Shown here: in pieces, positions 14,101 to 27,100 of the stretch
Position numbering within the stretch: the stretch's first letter is position 1
Layout: the number at the start of each line of letters is the position of its first letter
DNA from: Bugula neritina
Lineage: Eukaryota > Animalia > Bryozoa
Direction of reading: 5' to 3'
NCBI GenBank assembly: GCA_964035545.1
Contig: OZ037768.1
Span: 3,318,741 to 3,382,740 of the forward strand
Length of the DNA: 64,000 bases
Translations under genes and position numbers: made by a program
The notes under the pieces: model-generated
Database searches by the model: none
Told to the model about the DNA's origin: nothing
Seen by the model: the letters and a program-made list of their open reading frames with translations, nothing else

Positions 14101-17100
14101 GGATAATTTCTAATTTCTTGTGCCCTGCTTCCGTTTTTTTCTCATTATTTTCTTATCTCAAATTTCATATTTTTGCCTTGGTGACTTGGGCGTTTGTGCA
14201 AGATGATTTCGAAAACTGCTTAGAGGCATTTTCCGAAACTGGTGAAATTGTAGAACCTATCATTCATGGTTTTACTTATAGTTGTTGATGGAAAACTAAA
14301 ATTAAATTGATGGAATCAAAATGAAAAATGATGACAATTGTTGTGTTGAATTATTACTCAATCACTAATAGTAATACTAATAGTAATACTAACAGTAATT
14401 TGATTTTACAAGCATGATCATGATGATAATATTTTAGTAAACGTAATTTATTAATTATAATAATATTAAATTTAATTTATAATTATGGTATTGAAAATGA
14501 AGTTAAAGCTCAAAGTTAGTATCAATATAAATATAAGTGTAACAGTCATGAACTAATATTAATAACGGCAGCTTTAAGTTTAAAGCTATACTAATAGTAA
14601 TAGTAATACTATTAGTATTAGTAATTGAGTATTAGTAATACTTAGTATTTATTGTATTAGTATTAGTAATGCTATTTGATATTAATAAATATAATAATAT
14701 TAATTTTGAAGCTGCCTGTAGTACCCGCCCTGTAGGTGTAAGGCTGAGGGTATGCCACTTAGGGTAAGAGTAACTCTTACAGTAACCTTTCGTTCAACTT
14801 CAGTATGATGATAGTTATTATTATAATATTAATTATATTAATATTCATTTTAACTAACTCATGCATTAGAACAATTAGTATAAGTATTAGTATTACTAAT
14901 AGACTATAGAATAGTGCTAATGCTGAAAATAATTTCATTTTCAAACATGAAAATCAATATGAATTCATGAAAGGTTTGTTTGCATCAGTGTACAGTTTGC
15001 TCAAAATCAATTTACTATTATTAATTATAATGAAATAGATTTATTATTTTTCATCATTGTAACTTTCAGTTTTACATTCAGAATCAATATAAATATGCAT
15101 ACCAATATGATTATGAAATTAATACTATTAATAGTTTCAAGCTTAAAGTAAAGACGGAAAATAAAGTTGGAAATAAATGTGCATGCAGTACCCACATCCA
15201 GAAGAACATTGTCACTTGTAATTGTAATTGATTTATATTCATATGGAAGTTCTAATTTTCTGCTAAGGTTATTGTCGGTATTGATTGATGTTGATTGATA
15301 TACCAAAAATTATAGTGATGGTCCTAGATTTATATTTACACTGAATACAAACAAAAGTTGTAGTGATTTTGTCAGTAAAACTTTTATTTTATACTGGTCT
15401 GATTTATTTTCAGTCATTTATCACAGTTTATTTAGCTGAAACAATGCAAAATAACTTTTTGAGCATTATCGAATGCACATATTCATTAAAATTTACAAGG
15501 CAGTATGGGTACACAAAATCTGAAAGTTTGATGCAGTACAAATTTGAAATCTCTGCAGACACTATTGAATAAAGCATATTTATTGTAATTAGCCTTTTCA
15601 CCGTGTTATATTGGATTTAATTAAAATTTGTAATTACATATTTTAGTTTACAACTTTATAGTCTCAATAGTTAACTAGATACTGCTGGCTGAGTGTACTT
15701 AATTAAATCCTATGCAAGTTGAAGCTAGTAATTAAAATTTCATGCAGTATATAATATTCAAGAATATTCATCATCTGAACTGCTTTAATAGATTTCCAAC
15801 ATCTGACAATAGCTAAATTAGAATTATAAACTGAAGTTTTTACTGAAAGAAGTTAGATGAAAACTACAAGCAGCCAGGAATTTAAGCTTATTTTGTTATA
15901 AAACATGCGTGCTATGTTAGATTTTTTTGCTAAAAAAATTATTGCTTAAAATAAACAATTACGCACTGTTCCAAATCTAAAAGAGTTAAACTCTCATTAG
16001 CAATTTCTAGTGATGATGGTTTTGGTATGTTAACTCTAACTTGTGTATCAAGCAAGTGTCTAGAATCATTTTGCTCGCTTTAGAAATTGGCACTAATGAT
16101 AATGAGGTTTAAAAATTAATCCAAACATGAAGACGCATCTCAAAAATTTGACAACTTTTCACTTTGCATAATATATGTTATTAAACATCAGGCCGTTGTT
16201 CATTCAAACATACTGTTCTAACTGTTAAACAATATACAAGTGTAATTTTTGTGTGCATGGTATTTGTAATATAAAAGGAATGAGAGTTGGTTATTGCTGG
16301 CTGTAAGATTAGAAGTTGTTGAAGTAGCTCTGTATAATTTTGTTATACATTAATATTATGTAGGCATTACTCACCGGCTAGTCAGGTTCTAAGTTAGCAC
16401 ATACGGGTTATCTGCATTCTGGGCTGATTATAACTATAATAATTAATAGATATATGTCTATTGTTAAGTTGTACAACTTCTAGTATCTGATCATATACAC
16501 ATGATGCAATAGAACATTACTATATGCTTAAACAACTTATTTTTACCGATTTTGCAAGTTAGAAAATAACCAGGCTTTTTAATTGCTAATAATGTAGGCA
16601 ATTCTTTTCAATTTTGGTGTTAACACTACAATTGAAGTTTGAACATTTTAATAATGTAGATTCTTAGCAATGTGAAATAAAAGCTACCTACTTTTTCTAC
16701 ATATAATCTTAATCATTTGATGTTTTTGGTTTAGTAAAGTTTGCTAAGCTAACAGATGCCTTTGAAGTTCAGGATTTTTATTTTTCTTAGTCTAAACTCA
16801 GAGGCTAGACCTTTCTTAGAGGCTGCACGCAGTGTTATGACGGTTGATAAATTTGTAGTTGTCTGTATTGTTGACTTGAAGCAAAACTCACAACTATGAC
16901 AAGCTTGGTAAATTAATTTTTTTGCCATCATTGAATATTTTTCATGATTATATTGTAACGCTAAAAATCAACTATGAGGCAATACTGTATAGTATGTCAT
17001 CCAACTTTTTTTGTCGATCTCTGTACTTTTTATTGTAGATTAAATATCAATTAGAAATTCAGCTGAGGTTAATATTAAATACAGTACTCTTAGTTAGCTG

Positions 17101-17727
17101 TTAAACTCTTCAACTTGAGAATTATGTAGTTTATAATGTAGTGTTCAGATAGCTGTAAAAGTTAATGAGTGATGTTTTGTGTGCGTAAACAGTCTCAATA
17201 TAATGAGAGCTTCTTGAAAATCATATCAATATCAATAGATATTGATAAGTAGGAGCAATTTCTAGCTGTTAGCTTTAGATTTTAAGAAAAATATGACTCT
17301 GTGTATATATAAATTTCCCTTTATTATCCATTGTGTTTACAATAAAAAAGGTTTAAATAGTTGAAAGTTTCAATTAACTTATTCAATAGTGAAGTTGAAT
17401 AACAGGTGCTATTTCCCATTAGAATATTCTATTGTGTATTGTGAAAGCCTTTTGATCAGATGCATTGTGAAATGAGACACCTTATTGAAGCTCAATTGCT
17501 AAAACCTTCCATATGACTTGATGTCTTTCTTACAGAAAGTATTATTGGTTTGTCTTGTTGCTAATCAATAAATGTTTTTACTGAACATTGTTTGCCTCAA
17601 GCATGCATGATATATGAAAAGACCTTTTGTTAAGTCTTGCATTATTCATTCACTCGATCAAGCTATGTTGTGTTATAAGAGTAGTTGAATAATGTAACGT
17701 TAGTGAAGAGGGTGTCAAGATAGACTG

Positions 17728-20700
17728 ATGGTTGACAGTTTTACAAACATGCTCGGTTACAGGTTAATACTTATATTATTCTGTTTAGGTCAACAATAAA
17801 TAATAGCTGTAGTATCATGCATAGAGTAGCCTAGTGGCTAGTACTAGCATAGGTATCTTAGCTGTATAATTGTATATTCTATTCATGTTATCACTTCATA
17901 TTTAGGTCGAACTTTGCACTGGGGCCATACTTCTTTGACTATAGATGTCAACAAGCATCCATGCTACCCAATCCAAGCTTGCAACAGAATGCTGTTTACA
18001 GTAGAAATGTGCTCTTACGGTGTTGTGGGTGTAGTTATACAACGCAATGGCATCACCGGCTGCTTGCTCACTTGGCCAACTGTAAACACGTACAGATGAT
18101 AAAATCTTCCAAGGAGCAGTTTCTTGCCATACGTCCTACAGCTCAAAGGCCTATATACTTGCCCACACCCATTCCTCCAAACCTCACTCCTTCATACCAT
18201 GCTGCAGTGTCACATAGTTTAAACCGGTTATCTTCACAATCTAACCAGAGCCAGGCGAAAAATTTAAAAGACATTCTTACTTCTTCTGCTAATCCATCTA
18301 TTGCGCCTGTTGGACTCGATCGTAAACGTTCTATTAGTTCTATAACTTTGCCTAGTAAAAGTAGTAACTTGCCTAGTCAAGGTAACAGCATTCCCACTCA
18401 AGGCAGTAACTTGCCTACTCAAAGTAGTCATGATGTTTGTCCGGTGTCAATAGGAAAGGCAGGCCAGAAAACTGAAACTAATAAATTTATACCTACGACT
18501 GTGGTCTCAGCGGATGAGTCTCCAGTAGATTTGTCTTTAAACTCGGCAGCTAAAAATAACACCAACCACAAATCTTTTCTTGTACCCAAGTCTATATCTT
18601 CATATTCAGTCCCAGCTTCTCTGCCTAAACCAACCAATCCAGCACCGACACAGCAGCCAACCAATTTACCTGTTCTAATCTGTGGTTACTGCCAATTCCA
18701 AACTACTTCTCCTCAACAGATTCAAGTACATTTGATGCAATGTCACTCTTCAGTGACTAGAGGTGGCGCAAACCAGACTATGCACTCCCTTCAGGATTAC
18801 AAGGCTTTGTCCTGTAACCACTGCACCTATAAGGCATCATCTCAATTATGTATGGTGCGCCACCTACTCAATCAGCATCGTAGCCAGGTCTTGCCTGCTG
18901 ATACAGCTACTGGAGTTGGGGAGGAGAAGTTGTTTACTTGCTCTCATTGCTATTTCTCTGCCAGTGAAGCCGTTATGGTTCAGCATATGTTAGATCACTA
19001 CAAAAAGCATGATCCCTGCAGGTCTTGCTCATCCTGTGTGGGCCTACCTTCAAAAAGAAAGGTGCCTGTTAAGGATTTCTGGTGCTCATACTGTGAAGTG
19101 GGATTTGATACTTCCTTGAAAATGGAGAAGCACCAAATCACCCAGCGGCACATACGCTTAGCTGCTAAAAGTAAGTCTTTACCTCAGAAAGCAGTTAAAG
19201 CTAAGAGTACTAGTGCTTGTAATAGTAGGCTTAAACCCAAGCTAAAAACTCCTGTTCTTATAACTGGTGATAGTAAATTAGACTCCATTCAAGTCACTTC
19301 TGAAGGATCTGTTTCAAGTGATATTGGCAACATTGAATCTTGTTTACCCACCCCTCCGTTATCAGATAGTGATAACAAAAATACTGAAAATTATTCCAGC
19401 AGTGAAGACCAACAATCGAAATTTCTTTTAGTAAAAAACAATGAAACTGACGTTAGGCACAACAATTGTAAAACTGAAGACTTCACTCCCAGCACAAAGT
19501 CACCACAATTGACAAGCCAAGTCCACACTTCTGTGAATACCACAGCCAAAGTTGAGGAATCTTTGTGCAAGGAAAGTTCATCCAGCCCTGTGGAGACTAG
19601 TGATTCTACTAAGATGGCTGGCAGTCCCAATCATAACAAAGCTATTGGTGAAAGTAACAGTGGTCTGATTTCCCCTGACTGTTTGTCAACAAGTCCTAAG
19701 GCTAAAAGACGTCGCCTGTCTGTCAAGTTATTCAATAAGAAGCAACCTGTAAGACGTAAAGTGAAGTCAACAAGATCCAGAGTTTCTAAGAAGAGAGTTC
19801 CAGATGTTTCTATTCCATCTTTCACTGAAGAAGCCATCACTCCAAAACCAGTTGCAAACCTTAGTGATGCACCAGGGGACAACAATTCTGCCAGCTCCGA
19901 GGAAGTAAACAATGTCTGCGAAGGTCTTCCAAATAATAGCATGGTGAAAGTTGAAAATAAAGATGATGTTCAGTTGTGCATATCACAAGAAAATTCTGTT
20001 CAAGGTAGTTCTATGTTTGTTGATATACAGATAATTGTGTGTGGAGTTTTAAGAATATTGGGATGCTTAGCCACTTCAAACTAGAATACTATATTTTTAT
20101 AATGCAAGCTTGTGACGATTGTAAACCGTTATTATATAAGTAATGAAGAGTTTATAATTAATATGTGATTATTGAAAAAATATTCAACTTAAAATATTCT
20201 AACTTTAATCTTAGCCAAGGTGTGCTGTTATATTATAGTAACTATTTTGGTGTGTCTGGCAACTGTTTTTCAAATATATGTGTTTTCACCTCTAGTCAAT
20301 CAATATTTATTAAAATTTTATTTAAATCTTACAGCCATAAATAGAACTATATACATAATCTTGTATAGATTTAGATGACATTTAGAATAGCTTATTCAAC
20401 ATGTCATAACGATTTTGCTTGCATAGTGTCATTACATATTGAATACTCATATGTTTGTAATGAAATACACTTCTAGTTTATTATATGCTAACATGTATAT
20501 CGCAAGATGCTGCTCTAAGATTAGTATATATTGATGTTTTAAAAATGATCTACTTTTAGAAGATGCAGATTCAACTAATGAAACTGGGTTTGGGAAGCAT
20601 GTAGCTAATATGTTGAGACAGAAACTGTCCAACATTCACCTAAAAAATAAGTCACCGAATGGTAAGTCAAGAGATGGTTGTCAGAGTGAACATGAGCTAA

Positions 20701-22315
20701 TAGTACTTGACTCAGATAGTGAGGAACTTTCTACTAGAGAAGAGATCAAAGCTCCAGTTCATCAGCCCTCGGCTAAAGTGTTGGCATCTCATGACAGTGC
20801 ATTTATTGATCTTACACTGGACGACTCTGATGAAGATGTTGAAGGTGAAAATGATGGAGAAGATAACTCTAGTGTTAAGCATGATGTAAGTGAAAGTCCA
20901 ATCACCACTAAATCTGCTCCAACAGAGGTTAGTGCAATCAAAGAAAATACAGCGAAGAGTCTAGGCATAAATGCTCAACTGACAAATGTTCAAGAAAGTA
21001 ACAAGCCAAGTAAATGTAAGGACACAAGTTTCGTTCCAACTTCAGCAGAGAATAATTCTGAACATGTTCCCACTAAAGAATTAGATGTTGGTATAAACAA
21101 GGCTAGTGCTGATCCAATAAAAGTTTCCACCAGTGGGTTGAATGGACAGCATGCTAGGCTAGCTAGGAATTACACACAGGTTCGGAGGCGAAGCGGTGGT
21201 GTGCATGGCCAACGAAGTGTGTCCAACTTATCTGTTAGTATCAGTGATGAAGAGATGGTAATTTGTCCTTTCTGTCCTAAGCGACTACTCTTCCGTCTGC
21301 TGCCTGCACATGTTCAATTCCATGGCAGTGACTGTGCGCATAAGTGTAAAGAGTGTGACTTCTCTACCAGCTTCAAGTAAGTAACTTATGCAAACTTTAA
21401 TCCATAATAAACTCATAGACAACTATATACACTGAAATACATGAACACCTATAGTATGTTTCATGCAAACCCATATTCGTGACTGTAGTATAATTTACAC
21501 TAAATTGTATAAAAAACTATAATAACTTAATACTAAACTCAATGGACAGTTATAATGTACTTCAGACAGTTACAGGATACTTTTCACTACAAGAATAACT
21601 TCAGTATATTTTACACTAAACTACATTGGAAACTATAGTACACTTCAAACTAAAATATGAGGACAGCTAATTTTCTCATGTATTGGTTTGTTAGCATGTT
21701 TAGTTGGCTGTAGGCAGTTAACCCATTCTAGTAGTTATGTGTTAGGTGTTGTCAACTTGCAGTAAATTACTAATAGCCTGTGTAATGCTTATCAACCAGC
21801 CATGTGTGTGGTAGCTATATAAAAAGATAAGGCTAAAGTATTAGATGCTATCAGGGCTGATTTCATAACAGTATGACTTTAGACTACACGGCAATGTATA
21901 GGATGCTGTACTTGAGTTCTATGAACTGATTATAAGCTCCATATTCAGGTGGGTGTTGGACACACATGTGCTCTGTCACAAAGAGTCTCCCTCTGCAACT
22001 GGTGCCAGGCAAATCACTGCTGAAGAATGGAAGTCTATACAGAATAACAATGTACTGATAGATAGGGATGTAGTCAATGCTCAAAAATTACTTATAAAAG
22101 AAAGGAATGCAAATGCTACTCGTCCAGTTAAAAAAGCAACAGCAAAAAAGTCCACGCAAAATGAGGCTGCAAGTGGCATCTGTAAAAAGTCTCTGAATGG
22201 ATCTTTGTTATCTTCCGCAACAGAAAAATCAGTAAAAGTTGACAAAACTAAGGTATTGGGCACAGAAGATTTTTTTGCTAAAATGTTGACTCAACGAGCG
22301 AAGTCTTTTAAATGA
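17728..22315 (+). CDS. Multi-C2H2 zinc-finger protein (~1105 aa) with PXDLS (CtBP-binding) and SIM-like motifs; orthology not recognised
   Basis: Exons 17728-17762 (tentative start exon), 17906-20004, 20560-21376 and 21949-22315 join in phase. Fingers include LICGYCQFQTTSPQQIQVHLMQCH, LSCNHCTYKASSQLCMVRHLLNQH, FTCSHCYFSASEAVMVQHMLDH and FWCSYCEVGFDTSLKMEKHQITQRH; the last finger, HKCKECDFSTSFK|WVLDTHVLCH, is completed across the intron. Also PVDLS and a basic NLS (KAKRRR). Confidence 0.85.
21405..21668. repeat. Old, degenerate ~35-bp tandem repeat in the last intron of the zinc-finger gene
   Basis: Recurring tacactaaact...ggacaactatagta-like units. Confidence 0.5.
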
Positions 22316-24181
22316 TGTATTTTCAAGAGTAATAAGCATATATATCAAGTGATAAATTCCATTTTATGTATATTGATGATTATGAGAATTATTCATGTGA
22401 AGTTGTTTCAATTTTTTATGCATACTTGGTGTATTTTCTTAAAATGTAATTTCACGTTCTTTTAACTGGTATAAAACCAGCTCTATAATATATTTTATTC
22501 ATCAACTAATCATGAAAGTCAATTATATTGATTTTTGGTAAGTTCTGATCATAGATATCTGCTTTTAGCTCAAAGAAATTCTTATAATGTGTTATTATTC
22601 ATGCGTGCTCTTATTTTGTTATTATAGTAAACAGTTTTTTCAACTGATAAATGATAGCTAGTACTACTACATTTTAGTTCAATTTTAAAATTAAAGGTAT
22701 GTGTTGAAATTTTACAGTCTTGTGCCACTGCTTGTTGTAAACTGTAATACAAATTGTATCTTCTTTTAACTCTTCAACTACCTAGATAGTTTAATTCTTC
22801 AAAATATTGATATTTTAATAAAACAGTGTTATAATAACTCAAAACCCCCCTTAGAAATCCTTCAGTTGGAACTGCATTTTTATCGACCACCATAGAGTTG
22901 TTCTACCAGAATAGGTAAAATAACTACAGATAATACACATCCATAAAATGTATAATAATATTATTATATGTATGCTATTAAACCTTTTTAAGGTAAATAG
23001 ATTGACCTCTGTATTTATATTTTAGGTGTTGCAATTTTATCTTCACAGCTTAAAATGTTGCTTTTTTAAAACTAAATCGTTGCATGAAATTATTTAGTTT
23101 AAAGTGGTACTAAGGTGCTGCTGACCTGAAGTGGCATTAAAAGTCTCTAATTTATCAAATTGATTATTGTGCCCAATTGTCCCTTTATTACTTCATTACA
23201 ATGCATGCTAGTTGCACAATGTAAATGTGTATTCCATATTGCTTTATACTTCCTACTCTTCTATACATGCTCGCCCTTTTTTGCCCTTTTCCTCATATTT
23301 ATGCCGATTATAAGGCATAAATTACACCTCAACATTATACATAGACTTTGATATGGAGTTGTGCTCACTTCATACAACATGAGGGAGTAACTGTACTTGA
23401 CATATTTAAAATTGGCAAATTGTTTTTTTTTCATTTACTTTGGAATTAAGAAGCACAAAGCTCTGTTTCAGAGTTTATTCCTAAGTCAGAACAGTATCAT
23501 GGCCCACATCTTTGCAATGAAAGAACTACTGTTTCCCCAAACCAGGTATTTTAATAATTTTTCTAATTTAAGCCAGAGTGCTCAAACAATTGTAGGTGCT
23601 ACGAGCCTTCTATAAATTATAATATTGTTTTAAAGTTATGGCCATAATTAGTGAGCTCAATTAATTATAGAGGTCCTTATTTTTTAACATAATGTAAGCG
23701 CATTATAAATATAAATTTATAATCAATAACTGTAGAGCAAGTTGTGCAGCGTATTTTATATACTTCAACTACAGATAATAGGAAAGAGATCTAGTTGCGT
23801 GACAAATATTTATTTCACATACAACTCGAACTTTCATGAATTGCACATTTTAGTGTAACATTAAATGATTTATTTTTACTGATAAAGCTGATAAATAGCA
23901 AATAAACGTTATTATAGCAATCAACATCAAATACAGTCAGCAGAGAGGCTGTCAGGTGAAATTTCGATTGAGATTCCTGTAAAATAGTTGAAAAGATGTA
24001 AAGTTAGAGTTGTCTCTTTAAATAATTATTTAATAAGAAGAAGTTATCTTTTCAATAATGTGAAAACATAAAGATAAATTATTAGACTTGTGCATCTTAT
24101 TTAAAATCGTAATTTAAATATTAAATAAAGTGTCAGATAAAAGAACGATAATCAGACAACGGTCAATTTCCCATATGCAAA

Positions 24182-27100
24182 ATGTCCACTTCATCCCAAG
24201 TTAGGTTACGGAGAACATACAGTTCAAACAGACTTTTACAAGAACATGAAAAAGAAAGAAAAGAAAAGTTATCACGCACAGACAAGCCGTAAGTGTTTTT
24301 AATAAACAGAAAAGTTATGTAAACCAATTTCTAATTACATTGTCGAAAAAGTTCAAGTGAAAGTTATATTTTTATTTTAGTTTAAGTAGATTAACCTACT
24401 CCTAGGGTCCAAAGATCACCGAAAACGAAACCAACTTCAGTAGATATTCGCTATCGTGTTTGTATAATCCAATGTTACCTCAAACAAAATTTTCTTGTTG
24501 AATTAAATGTTTTTATTTGTTGATCATGTGAATTTGAAATATGACCACAAAAATATGCTTGTCTTTGTGTTTTCTACACGCAAGTCGCCATAGGCGTAAC
24601 TAAAAGAAGTTTCTTTTTAGTCGTAAATAAAGTTTCCTCCAATGATGTTAGAGTAGCTGCGTTCAACCAATTGCGATTTCGTCTGTAAACACTACACGCT
24701 TTTTCAGCACGTTGATTGGTCTAATATCGCTCTAAACACATTGTATTGACAACAACTACATGCTGGTTAGGTGCCGAGCGTTTATTTCTTCTTCATTTGT
24801 AACTGGATTTAGGGAATACGTGCATTTAAAATTCTAGTAGCGTCAGATACTTTATTATAATTATCAGAGCCAACTTGAGTTTCATCATACCGAATTCCAC
24901 ATTATCGTGGGGATTTGACTTCACAAAATCTCTACCACTCGTTTGTCACTCTCTTGCATTCTTTATGTAAATTTATATAAATCTCAGACATTTAAATTGC
25001 AATAGATTTTAGATTGGTTGAGTTTTTCTTGACATTAGCTATTGTAATTCAATTTCGCTTCCTCGTCTTAATTCGGCTCCATTGAGACATTATTTTGCAT
25101 TGGATTTGGTCATATCAGGCAGACAAGACTAGAGTTGAATTGTTGGACTTGGCGTCAATGATCTGCTCACACAACAGCAACACTTGACCAGTTGCTATTA
25201 AACCTGGTGCTGTATAGCTATTTAAGCAAGACATTTAAGGCTAACTATCAACATCATTTTCCGTTCAGCTGCGACTGAAAGGTTACACGTTATGAATTTG
25301 ACCAACAGGATCTACTTCGTACTTTAGTAACAACTGGTGACTCATTAACTTGGATTCTATCAATTTCTGGTCTGACTGATCTAGCTGGACACATAAACTT
25401 CTTAAGACTGTTCTGTCTTTGCTAAAAATGACACAGAATTCTCCAAACAGGGCAGGTTCTTCATCTTTTCCAAAATTAGGCATTCAAAGCAAATCAAGTA
25501 GTAGTTTGGACAATGATTTACTATATTTCTTGAAGAAAAAATGGACTCAATTTTGGAATGAACCAGAATTCTTCACTTTTGGAGCGGAAAGGTTTCAAGG
25601 ACAAGGATTGATGTAGGGGATTTCGTATTGAGTTTTGTTCTAATATTTTCTTTTAATAATGCTTTTTTAGTCATGTAATTCATCTTTTTAGCAGCATTCT
25701 TTTATTTTTTGCTATTAAATTAAATTTAATTATGATTATTATCGTGGACTCGTTTCTAGCATGTCCTGTTTGTTGATGCTTGAGCTCTGAAATTTAGAGT
25801 GTGCATCAAAGCATAAAAATGTTGGGGGGGGAGAAGGGGGCAAGATGACCACTACTAGTAAAAGGGCTGAGGATTATTATTACTTTTACTAATTTTAGAT
25901 GTCATCAGCACACAGATTCTTTATTCAGCAGTACAAGTGGCTTCAGCAACTACAGGGGTCTAATAAATCTCTGCATTGTTCTGCTGGTAAGCTGACTTTA
26001 TTGTACCCTGGGGCTGGTGCTTTAGAGTACCCTGGGGCTGGTGCTTTTTTTGTAACTTTTACTAGTGGGTGCCGGCAGCGTAAATAAAGTCATATCAGAT
26101 ATTGAGCACATTTTATTAAAACTTGAATCCTTACACAAGTTGACACTGTGTATAGAGATATTATATTTTACTTTTTACTACACTTACTTTCAATAATATT
26201 TTATTTATCTGTAGTGTGAATATTTATTTAGGCCCTTTCCAATGGGAGAGTTGCGTTGGAGAATGTCATAAAGTAAGTAAATAAAAAAATTTGTAACATT
26301 TTAAATTAGTCCTAATTCAAAAACTTTTTAAAAATACTAATTGAAGTTGGAACATGATGGAGTTTATACTGTTGTAGATACGGGTTACTGGTTAACCCCA
26401 TGTACTGGGTGAGGTTGTTTGTGTTCCAAGGACCCAAAGACTGGCCCTGTGCGGTACTTCTAGCAGGTATAATTCTTACTAAGTTTCTCACAGTAAAACT
26501 GTATGACTTAGCTATTGCCTTATGTTTATATATTGACACAAGAGCTTCTTGAAAACTTTCAAAATTGTGTCTGACCAAGAATCACTTTCTCCCCCAAAAA
26601 TATTTCCAGTAAAATATGATAATTTTGATTTTAGCATACTTTCTGTATGCAATATGCTACTGTTACCAGTTCCCTAATAACTATAGGGCAGATATTACAG
26701 CTATTGCTTTGCTTTTGTTTAGAGAATACAAATATATTCCTGTTCTATTGTTTTCATTCTTGTAGCTTCCAATGTATTTCTCCTTACTTGCTTTGGGCTG
26801 GAGAAACTTTTGTCCCAGGTAGGTTGGGCTCTATTTACTCTGTATCATATACAACTGTGCTGCAGAGCTGCATTGCATCATGCAGTCTGTGTCTGATGCA
26901 ATACTACTAATACTTGCAGAGAACAATATCAGAATCTGTTGGAAGGTCTATGCATATACTCAACTTACTAGTAATCCTATGTCTTCCAGCTGGGCTGGTC
27001 CTGTACATTCACCCTAACCCTGGTAGGTCGTTGCTTTCTTACCTAAATTAACCTCTCTAACTGATAAACTATGGAAAACTCATTTGTTATTACTCTGCAA

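Noticed and set aside
13100-15320. Hydrophobic ORFs (13307..13492, 15025..15306) and tagtaatac/gtattagta quasi-palindromes
   Set aside because: Low-complexity, very AT-rich sequence produces Ile/Leu/Asn-rich ORFs and self-complementarity by composition alone.
18428-19942. Antisense ORFs over the zinc-finger exon (likewise 53134..53535 over SNRK and several over SF3B3)
   Set aside because: Shadow frames of real coding exons, with no recognisable motifs.
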